Of a stretch of 64,000 bases of DNA, positions 51,901 through 64,000 are shown piece by piece (positions within the stretch are counted from its first letter, which is position 1; each line of letters begins with the position of its first letter). Both the position numbers and the translations under genes were made by a program. Location: positions 11,492,567 to 11,556,566 of the forward strand of contig CM120644.1 of assembly GCA_051362555.1 (NCBI GenBank), given 5' to 3'. Origin of the DNA: Lingula anatina (lineage: Eukaryota; Animalia; Brachiopoda). Under the pieces are notes generated by a model. That model searched no databases, was not told the origin of the DNA, and was given only the letters and a program-made list of their open reading frames with translations.

Positions 51901-53099
51901 TGTCTTAATTGATTGACAAATTAAATCAATGATCTCAGTGACATTTTCTAAGATAATAAGAACTGAGTAGAAAAGACAACCATTTCTTTCATGTTAATTA
52001 CCTATATTAGCATCCCTATTTTCTGTTTGTTTATGACCCTGGCCCTCTGAACCTGTCTGACCTTGACCTGGCTGTAACACATCAAGCAAAACCTGGCTAT
52101 TGTTGATCAAAGCTGCTTTTCTCTTCATGGTTTCCAAAAAATCCACCTGCAGCAAAAAAGGAAGGAGTCTGGTCAATGTCAAATGTAATAATTTGAATGT
52201 TTGCTCCTTAAAAATGCTGTAATTTATTTCTCCCATATAACTTCTTTCTCTCTCTCTCTCTGTATATTTGTTAATTAAACTCGAAATTTTTTTAAAACTT
52301 ACATTCATATTGAAATTTGTCTCTCTCTCCCCCACCCTCCGCCCCCTCTATATCTACCATTCTCTCTCTCTTTATTTCTCAAAACATATTTCTATGAAAA
52401 CATATTTTTCTAGTGTTAGACCCAACTTACTTCAAACCACACCGTGTCCTGCAGTAAACCCTCTGCCTTGAGTCTGAAGTATGCAGAATCAAAGCCAGCG
52501 CCCAAGGACATCACCTGAGAATTAGCCCCAGTATGAGTGATAAAACATCTCAGCATGTGATCAACTGCCTTTGCTCTTACATAGTATCCTCTGGAAAGAT
52601 GTTGAAAGTGAATGTTTTATATTCATGTATGTCAATGTATCATTTATTTAATTGAACTTACATGCACATTTCTACAGCCCATTTCTTCATTCGTTAAAAC
52701 AGTTTTTTACAATCACTGGCAGGTAAACAAGACAGTGAAACATCATTATAATTGTACATATAACATCAGCATATTGTATTTATTGATCAAATCTAGCAAT
52801 CTTTATCCGTTTATTTTTTTATCATTTGCCATTGCCATAGGTTGAGCAAAAATCTGGTGAAGCAGGGGGGGAAGGGGCAGCTGCTGAAGACATACACTAC
52901 CTGAAAACAGGCTACTTCCACCACCTGCTCTTCTGCATCTGACTGAGACAAAAGTAACTGACTTCTGACATACTGAGAAATAGGAAAAGGCTTATACCAG
53001 TACTTCATGTAGTTTCCTATCAACCCTCCGTCCATTTTTTCTAATCACTTAGTGACTGACCCTCTTCCTGCAGCCCTGCCTTCAGGATGACAAACCCTC

Positions 53100-53152
<53 letters not shown>

Positions 53153-53928
53153 CACACACCACATTGCCCTGCTTTTAAGATATGACATACCTGTTTATAA
53201 GAGGTGCCCTCCTTCTGGTTTTGGCCACAAAATGCTGCAGGTATGGATCCTGGAAGTAACCTCTGCCTGCCATGGAGCACTTGCTGACTATGCTACTGTC
53301 ATTTGTTCCCTGTACCTAGGAGATTATTGTTACGTCTTCAAATCAAATTTTTCGCATAGACAAACACTAGCATTTCATATATAAATATGCCATTGGGCAG
53401 GTACATGTATGTCATGTCTGACTTTTGCAGAGTTTTAGAATAGCATTTCAGTATTTTTGAGGCATTAGCATTCGACAGAGGCCTAGCTATTAGGCCTGAT
53501 TCGGGGATTTTCATGTATGTGTCAGATTTACAAAAGGAGAATGGGAGGCTATATCCTGGGAAATGAAATGGATGTGTATCAAGTTTGAAGGCGATTTGAT
53601 GTCTGCTTCCTCTTTAATGGATTTATATCAATTATTTTCCTTGTTTTCCTACTTACTGTAGTAGTTTAAACAGTTGTGTAATGTGCCGATTTTTATTAAA
53701 TTCGTTAAAACATTCTGAACCATTTTTGGCCACTTAACATTTTTTGGGTTATAACAAGTACACTGTATGCTACTCTAAAGTCATTTTTCTGTGGTGCCAA
53801 AACACTGAAAGGTGATTATATTTATTTACAGCATAAATATCACATTTAGATCCCTTGTGTGTTTTCCCAACGATAGAATGCATACATACAGCATTATTTC
53901 CTCGTGATAATGACGTCTTTTTGCTCAT
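42939..53928 (-). CDS. LCMT2: tRNA wybutosine-synthesizing protein 4 / leucine carboxyl methyltransferase 2 (LCM domain plus Kelch repeats), about 793 aa
   Basis: 14 phase-consistent exons: 53928-53890, 53315-53191, 52590-52431, 52146-52002, 51604-51457, 51021-50955, 50653-50622, 50276-50186, 49771-49582 (alternative donor 49570), 49183-48941, 45280-44619, 44439-44237, 43625-43499, 43088-42939. Motifs: AVQGTNDSSIVSK, RRAPLINRGYYVR, SLGAGFDS, LLSECVMTY, EPFDEYEEW, Kelch R.yH...GG repeats, C-terminal GGGGNCFSFGTHLN. Confidence 0.93.
43607..43746. repeat. Three tandem 44-47-bp copies spanning the LCMT2 exon 13 splice acceptor
   Basis: Unit atgaga...gtgagaatacctggaatcaaaacattaacaatgctgca. Minus-strand ttccag|g acceptors at 43626, 43673 and 43718. 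Confidence 0.9.
43859..44035. mobile_element. MITE fragment (gaccccattcccatgcctagatcgatc family) in an LCMT2 intron
   Basis: Matches 13980-14066 (reverse complement), 7390-7537 and 40720-41010. Confidence 0.65.
45411..48628 (-). mobile_element. Full-length hAT-superfamily DNA transposon (3218 bp) in LCMT2 intron 10
   Basis: 11-bp TIR CAGTGTTCTCA / TGAGAACACTG. Direct repeat GCTTAAG at 45404-45410 and 48629-48635. Subterminal GGGAC/GTCC motifs at both ends. Encloses an intact transposase. Confidence 0.92.
46021..48238 (-). CDS. hAT transposase, ZNF862-like (N-terminal zinc finger, DUF4371/RNase H core, hATC dimerisation domain), 639 aa, 3 exons
   Basis: Exons 48238-47079, 46935-46721 and 46565-46021 (1920 nt, phases consistent). 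Motifs: RTFNKTW..WL..MFCSIC..H...H zinc finger, QVDESCD, GSDGAAVM, HCLAH, VRWLS, NLEDRFP, SASCERGFS..NL.K...RNRL. Confidence 0.9.
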
Positions 53929-54286
53929 TTTTCTCTCTGTATATCCGCGCTACAGACTTCTTTGAGTTTTATTTATTTCCATGTGTTCTCCATGTAAACT
54001 GGGTCAAGGTTAGTCTCGTTCAAATGTCACATGACCAAAGGTCGAAAACAGTATTCTAGGAGGAAGAAATGTTTTTCTGACTTATGGTTTAATCAGATAC
54101 GTGGGTAATGGTAAAGGACATTGGCACGAAATATACGAACCATGCAACCAGTTAACTAAATGAGGAAAATCTCAAATCACGTCGGGATCTCGTTCTAGAT
54201 TAACGCGAGATTAAAAGCTTCAAAATGGCCGCGGGATTTTAAGATCAGTATTAAACATCGACGTTTTTCCGGTTTAATTTTGAAGA
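53929..54286. promoter_or_regulatory. Putative bidirectional promoter shared by LCMT2 and MINDY3, with a YY1-like motif
   Basis: Divergent ATGs at 53928 (minus) and 54287 (plus). CAAAATGGCCGC at 54221-54232 resembles the YY1 consensus. Several CpGs cluster at 54180-54270. Confidence 0.65.
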
Positions 54287-57200
54287 ATGGCTTCAACGTC
54301 CGAAGGGGTTGATTCAAGTATTTCCCCTGGACTCTTGGAAGATCTGAAGCGACTTTTGTGGGGGAGATCTTTGACCGATGAAGTTTTCTTGCGGTGGACA
54401 CAAGGTAAATTCCCACTTTCCTTTCTCTTTATTTTGACCCTGCACGTGATACGGCATTGGTGAGGAAGTTTCACTTTTGGAAAACCGATCACACCATTTA
54501 TTCAACATCAAGGCTCCTTATGCCGTAACAGTCTTAGAATTATATTGCCTATACTTAATCTTTGCGATACTTGATTGCTGTGACGGTATTTATGATTGTT
54601 GAATTTGGAGAATGGGGGGGGGGGGGGGGGGTGTTCTGATAAATAACATGTTGATGAGCACCTATTTTGAAATCGACTGTTGAACTCATCTAATTCGAAT
54701 TCGCTCCTATTGTTTAGTTTTTCTGCACAATATTTATTTAATTTCATAGCAACACGCATGATTAATTTCACCAAAAACAATTATCAGTTTATTTATTCTT
54801 TATTTAGGTTTTGCTGTTTCTTCAAATACAGCTTGGTATTTTGTTTTTAGGTTTTGTTCTCAGTGCAGATGAACCCACTGCATTGTTACAATATGAGGGT
54901 GGCCCCTGTGCTGTTATTGTGCCAGTGCAGGCATTTTTACTGAGGTTTGCTTTGTTCACTGAAGAAAACGAGGCAGTAGAGAAATGGAGGGAGCATTCAG
55001 GTTTGTGTTACTTTAGCCTCAGTGAAGTATACTTAGTAAATATATCATAGCATCTTCTAATTTTGACATAGAGAAAATGCAAGTAAACTAATTTCACTTA
55101 GTTTCCTACGTTCTGGTTCTCTTTTAGTAAAATCATTTGGGTATCTGTCTTAAGTAAATTCCATGCAAGAATGAACCCAGATGATTGACGCATTCCCAGA
55201 TTTTATTGAATTTTGTTACTTGAAGAGAGAGTCCAGTCTCTAAGTCTTATTTATAACTAAAAATGTGCAGTGCCAACCCACATCCAGCAAAACACAAGTA
55301 TACTGTTAGCTTATAATATAATATATTAATATAATATAATATAATATAATATAATATAATATAATATAATATAATATAATATATTAATTTACCATACTTT
55401 GATACGATATAATAATATGATATTATATGACATGTTATGATAAGCTCTCGGACATATCTGATTACTCTCCCTGTAGATGAGACTGCCAAGGATCTCCTCT
55501 GTCAGTCCCTCAGTGCCATATTGCTGCAGACCACAGCCACCTCCTACACAGTGGTGTACTCCGACCACAGCTTCACTGAAATGCAGGAGCAGGATGGTCC
55601 ACAGGAATCTGGGGGAGAGGAGGACGTGCAGAGGAGTCCAAAGAGGAGGAAGCTGTGCCATGACCAATTTCATTTAAATCTCAGGTATTGTTTCTCTGTG
55701 TGCAGAATTTTGATAGACCTGTTTAAAATTATAATGAAAAATATTTAAAAATTGGCATTGATAACACCAAAAGCTTGGTGCCAATAATTTAAGTTTGGTG
55801 TAGTCTTATGACCATTCATAAATCAGTGAATAATTTTAAAGCCTGTCTAATTGGTAAAAATAAATCCCCTCTTTTCCAAGGTGCCAACAATGTGATTCAA
55901 GAGAACAACTTGTCAACCTGGTCCAGTCTAATCTGGAGAAGTTTCAGGGAGATTTTGGGGTGCTATATTATCTCTACTCACTTTTACTCACAAAGGTTAG
56001 TTTATACTGCAGTTCTGTGTGTGTGTGTACATGTTTGCATGTTTATGTGCATTTAATAAATACAAATTTTTTGGTTATTAATCCTCTTTATACATATTTT
56101 TTTCTCATATTTTGTCATTAATTCTTAATTTTGTTTTTAGCGAATTGTGCCAAGACAAAAGGGACACCTGGCATTTTTTTTACATTAAAAATAATTATCA
56201 TGCCAAAAAGTGTAAGAAATGTTGAAATCATGTCTTTATTGTATCTGACCAACAGGATCAAAATTGAATTTTTTGTCTGTAAGTTATATCAGTCTATGTT
56301 TCAAAATATTTTCAGGGTGTTGACCAAATAAAGAATGAGATGGAGGATCCTAGTGAACCTCTCATAGACTCTACTCATGGACATGGAAGGTGAGATAGGT
56401 CAAAGGCCATAGTTAAATAGGTCAAAGTTCACAGTAGGTCAAAGGTCTCAGGCCATTTTCACCATAGATTATAATAAGGTACAATACAGAATGAGAGGGC
56501 ACAGGAAGTATGTTATTTTCGATCCTGTCAAATTTGAATGAGATTTAAGCCATTTTTAATGGATTCCTCATTGTTCAATTTCAGTCAGAGCCTGATCAAC
56601 CTCCTGCTCACAGGAAAGGCCGTGTCACATGTCTTTGATAATGAAAAGGACGTCGCTGGAATGAGTAAGTTTTCTGGGAATGCGTAAATCATCTGGGTTC
56701 ATTCTTGCATGGAATTTACTGTATGATTTTACTAAAAGAGTGAAATAATTTATCTAACATTTGGCTTCAAGATACTGCAATTAGAGTTAACCGACAACAA
56801 AATTCTTTATATCTTCCAGAACTCCATGGTGTCTCTCGCCAATCCCAGATTGGGTTTCTTACACAGTTAGAGCACCTGAGGTATTGTGAGGTAAGGTCTG
56901 CCTTTCTGTCTGTCTGTCTACTATATGATATTGTGCCTTTTATTCATTTTTTGTGTCTTCTGTGTCTGATACATTTCCATGAGATGTTAATTAGTATATT
57001 TGATGATGCTTTAGTTCTAAGGACTTATGTTCCATGAGAAGTTAACTATGTCAACTTTGTTTTCACTTAACTCCGTAGCAGTTTTACAGCAGTTTTACAG
57101 CACAGACATGATTTTTACATAAATAAATTTTAAGTGCAAACCTGCAATTTTTCATGTAGGTTTTCCGATTTAAACAGCCCCAGATCCCCAGTGCTAAGAC

Positions 57201-58165
57201 TACCAAGCCATTTCTTCCTACTTTTTTCTTACAATCCAAAATCATGTCCAAGTTTTTTTTCTAAAAGTGTTTAATCATTATTATTATTATTATCAGGTGG
57301 GTTTTAATCTAAAAAGCCCCTCCCTCCCAGTTTGGGTACTGGGGAGTGAGACCCACTTGACAGTACTGTTCACTCAGGACCTCAGCCTAGTGGCTCCAGA
57401 GTCACCAGAAGACACTGCCAGGAGGATATTTAAAAGTTTTGATCCAGAAGGTTTGTAAATATAATGTGTGTCTCAGAGGAAGAGCTAATTAGAAAACAAA
57501 TACTGTGGAAAGTTTCCAATTGTAAAATGTAAAATGATCGGGTAGGGTTTTGTTCAGTGAAGGGGCCGAATAGGTCCATTTCCGTTTATGCAACTTTGAA
57601 AGGCTAAACAAGCCTTGGTCTTGTCTGCATTGAATATTCCACAAATGGATTTTGGACTCTCTTGTGACATTGATTTGACCCACTTTTAGTAACTTTATAT
57701 CTCTTATCTAAGACTACTGTGGATATAAATGGTCAATATTTGTGTATTTCCAGGAAATGGATTCATCTCGTCATGTCTCCTAGGAGATGTACTTCACTCA
57801 CTGAGTCTTGTATCGGATCCAGGATAGTAAGCAACCTCCATGATCATTGTAAAAAGTTTCTAGATATAGCGCTGGTACAGCCAGGATATTGGGGGGGGGG
57901 AGGGGGGGGGGGGGGGGACAAAATATTTTCTTCACATAACGCTGTAAATTTTAAGGCCAGTTTTAGGATATTTTTTCCCTCTTTTTTATGGATTTTTTTT
58001 CATTAAAAGCTTTAACTGATTTTGTTTAAAAAAGAGTAGACAGTTGACAGATATTGTACAAAATGTTCAAAACCAGATAGTTTGGGGTAGGAGGGGTTTT
58101 ATTTTAAAGTACTCTTTGGTCTCATTATTGAAGACTTGTGATGATCTTATCATTTCTAGTGTAGA

Positions 58166-58217
<52 letters not shown>

Positions 58218-58864
58218 TCCAGTGTGGACATTATGAAGGGCAAGCTGGACTCTGAGGGACTGGGTATTATTGTCCTCAGTGCTTTTATGGAAGAGTTCTA
58301 TCCAGGAAACAACCAGCAACAAGGACCAAAGACGTTTACTGTATTTCATTATAATGGGCTGAAGAGGTCTAATTCCACTCACAAGGTAAGTGTCACTGTC
58401 AGATACTGTGTGAAAACTAGCCGGTAAGGGTAAAATATGATACTTCAGTACATCACCTGCATACACTTATTTACATATATTCACACACAAGTGCACCAAC
58501 ACAAGCACTCACACTCAAATAAACACAAATCCACTTAAGCATACACACAGAAAATAATTTTTAAAGATAAATATTTTTTTCACAAAAATTTGTGTTTCCA
58601 AGACTCATTTTTGTTTCAGTTAGTATTTCAGTTTGCATCATCTTTGATGTGAATTTGTAACTAAGAACATTCCCATCACTACACACTCCATGTATATTAC
58701 TCTCACCTTATTTTCAGGTTCAGTATAAAAAAGGCACGGCCACCATACTGGAACATGGCATCCCCCTGGTGACTGAATACACAGACGTGACCACATGCCT
58801 CCAGACAAAATGGCCGACAATCAGCATTGAATGGTCAGGCAATGATGTTCCATCATTAAACTGA
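54287..58864 (+). CDS. MINDY3: Ubiquitin carboxyl-terminal hydrolase MINDY-3 (FAM188A), 450 aa
   Basis: 11 phase-consistent exons: 54287-54404, 54851-55000, 55477-55684, 55881-55995, 56316-56389, 56585-56664, 56820-56890, 57297-57450, 57754-57826, 58223-58385, 58718-58864. Motifs: RWTQGF, QYEGGPCAVI (catalytic Cys), GHGSQSLINLLLTG, GSETHLTV (catalytic His), EF-hand-like DPEGNGFI, HYNGLK, CLQTKWP...PSLN*. Confidence 0.95.
58167..58217. repeat. (ATT)n microsatellite between duplicated MINDY3 exon 10 acceptors
   Basis: Read directly from the sequence. Confidence 0.95.
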
Positions 58865-59210
58865 CAGTTTACTCAAAACTCATTATTCAGAAAAAAAATT
58901 TTATAATGTTATAATGTTATTTTATAATGTTGATGTGTTCTTGCATGAAATTTGTGATATACTTTATCACAATTGAATTAGGAGAAGATAAATTGTGCAA
59001 CTTCTGAGCAACAGTGGACTCCTTGAAAAGCAGCGAAGTTGTGGAAAGTCACAGATTAGCGCGGTCTTCATTCGGGGGAAATTCTGGACAGTTGTCCACT
59101 TTAACACAGTGCCAACATGGAGTATGCAAACCCACAGAATGATACAGCCACTGTGGTAATTTTAGATATCGTATTGCTTAGCCACATAATAATGCAGCAC
59201 AGTGGAAGTG

Positions 59211-59293
59211 AGCTGAATCTCCATGGTAACTTGTTAAACGGCTAGATTGCCATGGTAACTTGTGTATCGGCTCAATCGCCATGGTAACTTGTA
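59211..59293. repeat. Three 29-bp tandem copies containing CCATGGTAAC, downstream of the MINDY3 stop
   Basis: ccatggtaacttg at 59221, 59250 and 59279. Confidence 0.85.
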
Positions 59294-62200
59294 AGACTTG
59301 TCAGGGAGACACAGTTAAGTATTGGCATTGTTGAAAAGTAAATGGGAATTTTTTTGGGGGGTATTTTTGATGTACAATTTGATAGGGAAGAGGGAGAATT
59401 GAAAGTGTGACTTCTTACACGTACAACTTGTTGTCACACCATAGGGGAAATCACTGCATAAGATCTTGAATGGGAGAGTCAGACATGAAAAATGAGTTCA
59501 TATATATTTTGTTGTTAGCTTCAAGATAGAGCTTGATGCACCGTATTTGAATTGGATTTTCAAAGAATATTCCTTACACTGTCATTTTACCAATTACTTT
59601 ATTAAGTTCAAGATGACAGCAGTACCCAGTAATTATAGTGACTTGACGACCTGAATAATGAATGCACTGCACAGTGGCAAGCCATCCCATTCAAGACATA
59701 ATTAGTCATAATATACATTTTTTTTATGGTGAGATGGGAGATCCATATTAACTTGGTATTGTTGGATTGTCCAAGAAGTGTTTTAAAAGGAATGTGAACA
59801 CCTCACATATTAAAGTATTTACCAATTAGTCAACTGTCTTGCCTGTGAACATTTTCAGTTTTTGATTATTTTATATGCTTAGAAACCAAATCAGTAGTCA
59901 GGATGTGTTGTCATGACATATTTGTCTGCTCTACAAGGATTTCTTCTTAGCAGACTTTAGAGTAGGTATAATCAGTATGATTTCATAATAGTAGATTGTA
60001 TGGTTAAAGGTTTACATGTCTGTAGGGATTTTTATGGTGAATTCAGAATAATTAGATTGTAGGGACCATGCTTTACATTTGGTCTGAGATTCTGTTGTTT
60101 CTTTAAAATTCAGGTTAAAAAAATGTAAAAAGTTCTGTTAATAGTCATTTTCCCCATGGTCAAGGTGCTACTGTCTGAGTGTTTCAGGTTTTATGAAATA
60201 TATTACAAATTTTAATCATGTATTATTTATTGTACTATGTAAATGCATGTCTGCTTTTATAGATTCTTTATCACAAAATAACATTAGATACAAGAAATAT
60301 GTCAGTTTCAATCTAACATCTTCACTCTACTCTGACATCAGATCAATATTGACAAATGCCTTGACAGTATATTAAGTCATTAGTTTTTGATAAAAAATAA
60401 TTCTTTACTATTTTACAGATAGATACACACGTGTGGTTCACCCAAATGTGCTGGTCATTGGTTCGTGCCTGTTTTTTAGGTAACGATGACATTATCTGTT
60501 AAAAGGTGAATGCAGAAGTTAACTGGGCATGCAAGTCACCAGAAATAGACATGAACTTATGACCAGCAGAAATGAGTTAGCCACACATGCTGAATATCTG
60601 TGGAAAGGTGAGTTAATTCGTTTTACAAAACTGGTAAACATATTTCGGCATATTTGTCTGCTTTTCATCATTTGGTACTAATCTTGACGTAAGTTGTTCT
60701 AAGTTGACCAGGGTAGACTGTTGGTTTTGAAACCTTGGGTTTTAGAGTATTGGCTATTGACTTTCTTTTGAAGTTTATTTAAGGAATTATCCTTTGAAAG
60801 TGAGGCTGTGTTCTTTCCACTGCTTTTCAGTCATCAATAAGTGAATGTAGACCTAGCCAGTTTTCATTGAAATGGCTGTAGAAATAACAGTAAATTTCAT
60901 GTAAAGCTTGGTAAAGTCGGGCATGGGTGCTAAAATGTAGTGTAGTAATTAGCATGTAAGTTTTTAATGTAAATATGAAATTAGCATGTTTAGGATTTTT
61001 ATTTGGTCATTCCAAGATCACAATGCACAATATTTAAGCCAATTCAGCAGATGGCCCAGTTGTAACACAGTAGAGACAAGGTCCTCTGAGGTCACTTAAA
61101 AATGAGATGTAAACATTAATTTGGTGATTTGATCAACAGTTTCTGAGCCTCAGGTGCTGAAGTGACTGGTTAAAGAAATTTGGTCGTCCAGTGATGTCAC
61201 ATGGGCCAAGGCAGTGTTTGAAATAATGGGACCTAGTTTTATAGGTTCAGTTTCTTTTCTTCTGATTAGAACATCAACAGCTGCTTCTTGCGCAAAATTG
61301 TCCCATAGGTAAACTGATTTATAGTTGTTTTATGCACACCAGCTGCATGTTTACCCAAAATTTAACCAGGGTTAAAAATATAGTGCCCAACTTAAGTTTT
61401 GTTGATTCTTAAAGGGCAGTTTTGCAAAAGTTGTGAACAGGGCATAATTTTATTGAAAATCTCAATAAGTTGTATAAACTATACCCACTTACCAAAATGG
61501 AGGGTTTGAACTTATAAGAATAGATATATATCGCACATAACTATATTATTATCTGACGATGATTTTGGGTTTGATCATTGTGGTGTATGAGTGCATAATG
61601 TGGTAAGTAATATTTTAAATAAATGTTTAATGAATTTGATCAAGTTGTGAGAAATGTATCTGACTGCTGTTTAAGCTATGTGTTCATTTAATGGGGTGCT
61701 GGTTATCCCCCTTCTTTGCGTCTTGTTAGTGATGTTCTCCTGTCTGTCAGTTTTTTTTTTTACTTTCATCACAAGATACCAAGTTTGTTACGCCTTAAGA
61801 AATGACAGAAAGTAAGCTATAAATGTATCTCTTTAAGAAAAAAATTAACCAGGACTGTGCTGAAGAAATCTTATGTAAGGAATTGTTAAACTTGATATTG
61901 ACCATAGCTCTTTGTAACTGTTAAATTTTGTTTAAATTCTTTCGTTACTCGCTGTATGTAGAATATAATATCATCATACGAAATAAAAATACCCAGAAAT
62001 TTGAGTTTGTTTTCCAGAAGTGTTATTTTTTAGGAAAAAATATTGACAGGGTTTTCAGGAGAGAAAACCCTGTGATTGTGTCAAGTGCTTGGTAATAGTT
62101 GGCAAAATCCATTGGTTAAGTCAAGACGTAAATTTTTACGTTTTATTGCATAAAACATAAAATAAATAATACATTTTCATTGATACATGACTAAAGGCCT

Positions 62201-63514
62201 TGTTGTACGGGAATTTTTCTCAATCTGACAAAAGAAATACAATCTGTACGTTAAAGGCCAGCACATCTTGTTGGCAATGTTCTCTTTAAACCGATCTATT
62301 TCCTGACCAAGAATCTGCCTTTCCGGGAGATATATAATATATATAATATATTATATAAACATAGTTTCTGTCCATATCATTTCAACGGCAATCCAATCAT
62401 ATATTTCTGGATATTCCTTGACAGCAATTGGTTATATTGACTCAGTAAAACGTTCTGAACATTACATTTCTTCATTATATGTATGAACAAACCTCCATCA
62501 TTGACCACTCATACGGACCCACTCAAGTCTGTGTTACCAATTCCCCCAACAAGTTCCATGGCATTTTGAATCATCGACAACAAAGAAAGTGGACTGACAT
62601 ACTGAACAAGTCTCATCTACGTGACTTTTCTGATGATATTATGCATTGAGGCAAACAGTAATTGGCCAATTGGGGTTTCCAAGGCAATTAACAATATCTT
62701 TCACAGCTGTTTGCTCACATACAAAGCAAGTAACTATTTCCTGGAATTATTATCATTATAATAATAACAACAAAGCAGCATAAAACACCCACATCGTTGT
62801 TCGAAGGCCATTTCAATTTACCAGTTTGATATGACTACCACTTACATGAGTTAGTCTGGTATAAAATTAGGAGCAAATACAAAATTAATCATATTTTCTG
62901 AAATAACCATAGTCAGTTATGTTATATCATGTATAACAAGTTTGTGAACCAACTCCATGTTATATAACACATTATGCAGCTCCAAAACACCATGTGCAAC
63001 TAAACCAACACATATTTCATACGGATAAGGAGTGAGATGCTGATAGGTATCAAACTTTTTGTCTGAGCCCCACTGCTGCTCTCTGTCCTACATTTTGAAG
63101 GTCAAAGGTTTATCTTTCAATTAATTGTGTCATAATAATCCCACCTTTGTAAAAGGTGAATTAAAAACATCATGATTAAAAAGAAATCCATCCCAAAAAC
63201 GTTTTGGCAAGTTTGTCATCCAGGAGATTTGACTTTGAGCAGGTTTGACCACTTCGGTGAATTTTTCTTGGTATTAAACTCTTGGCAACATTATTGTTAC
63301 TGCACACCTGGATTGCTCTAGCATTATGATAAGATTTTCCAAAGCTTTATCTTTAAAAGATATCAAAATTTTATCTAATGGCCTTTCCTGAGACATATTG
63401 AAGCTCACCAGGCCACACACAAAATATAGCACCATATTAAGCTCTGAACTTCACATCAAGTTTTTGTGTAACCTCTTTGAAAAAGCTTCACCAATTCCTG
63501 TAATCTCCATATAA

Positions 63515-63642
63515 AAAGGTCATCCATTCACGCAACCTCTGTGCCAAAGGTCATCCATTCATGTGACCTCTGAGTCAAAGGTCATTCATGTGACCTCTGT
63601 GTCAAAGGTCATCCATTCATGTGACCTCTGTGGCAAAGGCCA
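63515..63642. repeat. About 31-bp tandem repeat, about 4 copies, immediately 3' of the EAF stop codon
   Basis: Unit aaaggtcatccattcatgtgacctctgtgtc with variants. Confidence 0.85.
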
Positions 63643-63788
63643 TCAATCACTGTCACTTTCAGAATCACTGAGCTGTAGATCCTCACTGAGTGTACTGTGT
63701 ACATAACCCTTGGAGCCAGACTGAGACTGGTACTGCTGGGAATGAGGCTGTGAGTGGGAGGGGGGAATGTGATGGCTGCCACCATTGG
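63643..63788 (-). CDS. EAF1: Last coding exon of an ELL-associated factor (EAF1/EAF2 family) gene; the rest lies beyond the window
   Basis: Polypyrimidine acceptor ...ttttttag at 63790, then NGGSHHIPPSHSQPHSQQYQSQSGSKGYVHSTLSEDLQLSDSESDSD*. The ending resembles the EAF C-terminal motif TLRNDLQLSESGSDSDD recalled from vertebrate EAF1/2. Paralogue assignment is not possible. Confidence 0.75.
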
Positions 63789-64000
63789 CTAAAAAAAGAA
63801 AGCACACATAGCCATGTAAAATGCCACTAATATTTATAGAAAGAAAATAAATTAATTGAATATAGTTATTTTGGAGTCATCATACATCATGCAAAACCTT
63901 GTTATCAACAAACTTTAAAACTACTGGTATTAAATTAAAGTAGCTTTCAAAGTTATCTTGTCTTGTGATGTTTGGAACTTCAGTAAATATGTGCATTGGT

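Overview
Intron-rich, AT-rich eukaryotic (invertebrate-like, possibly lophotrochozoan or molluscan) genomic DNA. All gene models were built by hand from GT-AG boundaries and phase consistency. (1) A minus-strand secreted-type gene (exons 11908 to <1, 5' end not found, 3' end off-window) encodes four atypical 6-Cys chitin-binding type 2-like modules, Thr/Pro linkers and at least 51 copies of an acidic Val/Thr-rich 18-aa repeat. The 977-aa plus-strand ORF over the repeat is its antisense shadow. (2) About 20 kb without a confident gene is dense in MITEs. (3) A complete 5-exon, 287-aa secreted gene not evident in the ORF track (35209-32349, minus) has a basic 4-Cys segment and one degenerate VWD domain. 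(4) LCMT2/TYW4 (14 exons, minus) is head-to-head with MINDY3/FAM188A (11 exons, plus), with the ATGs 359 bp apart. (5) An intact, intron-containing ZNF862-like hAT transposon with an apparent 7-bp TSD lies in LCMT2 intron 10. (6) The last coding exon of an EAF1/2 gene sits at the right edge. The most notable observations are the two candidate extracellular-matrix or biomineral genes, the intact hAT with in-frame splice-trap potential, three tandemly duplicated splice acceptors, and a fold-back templated insertion inside a MITE.
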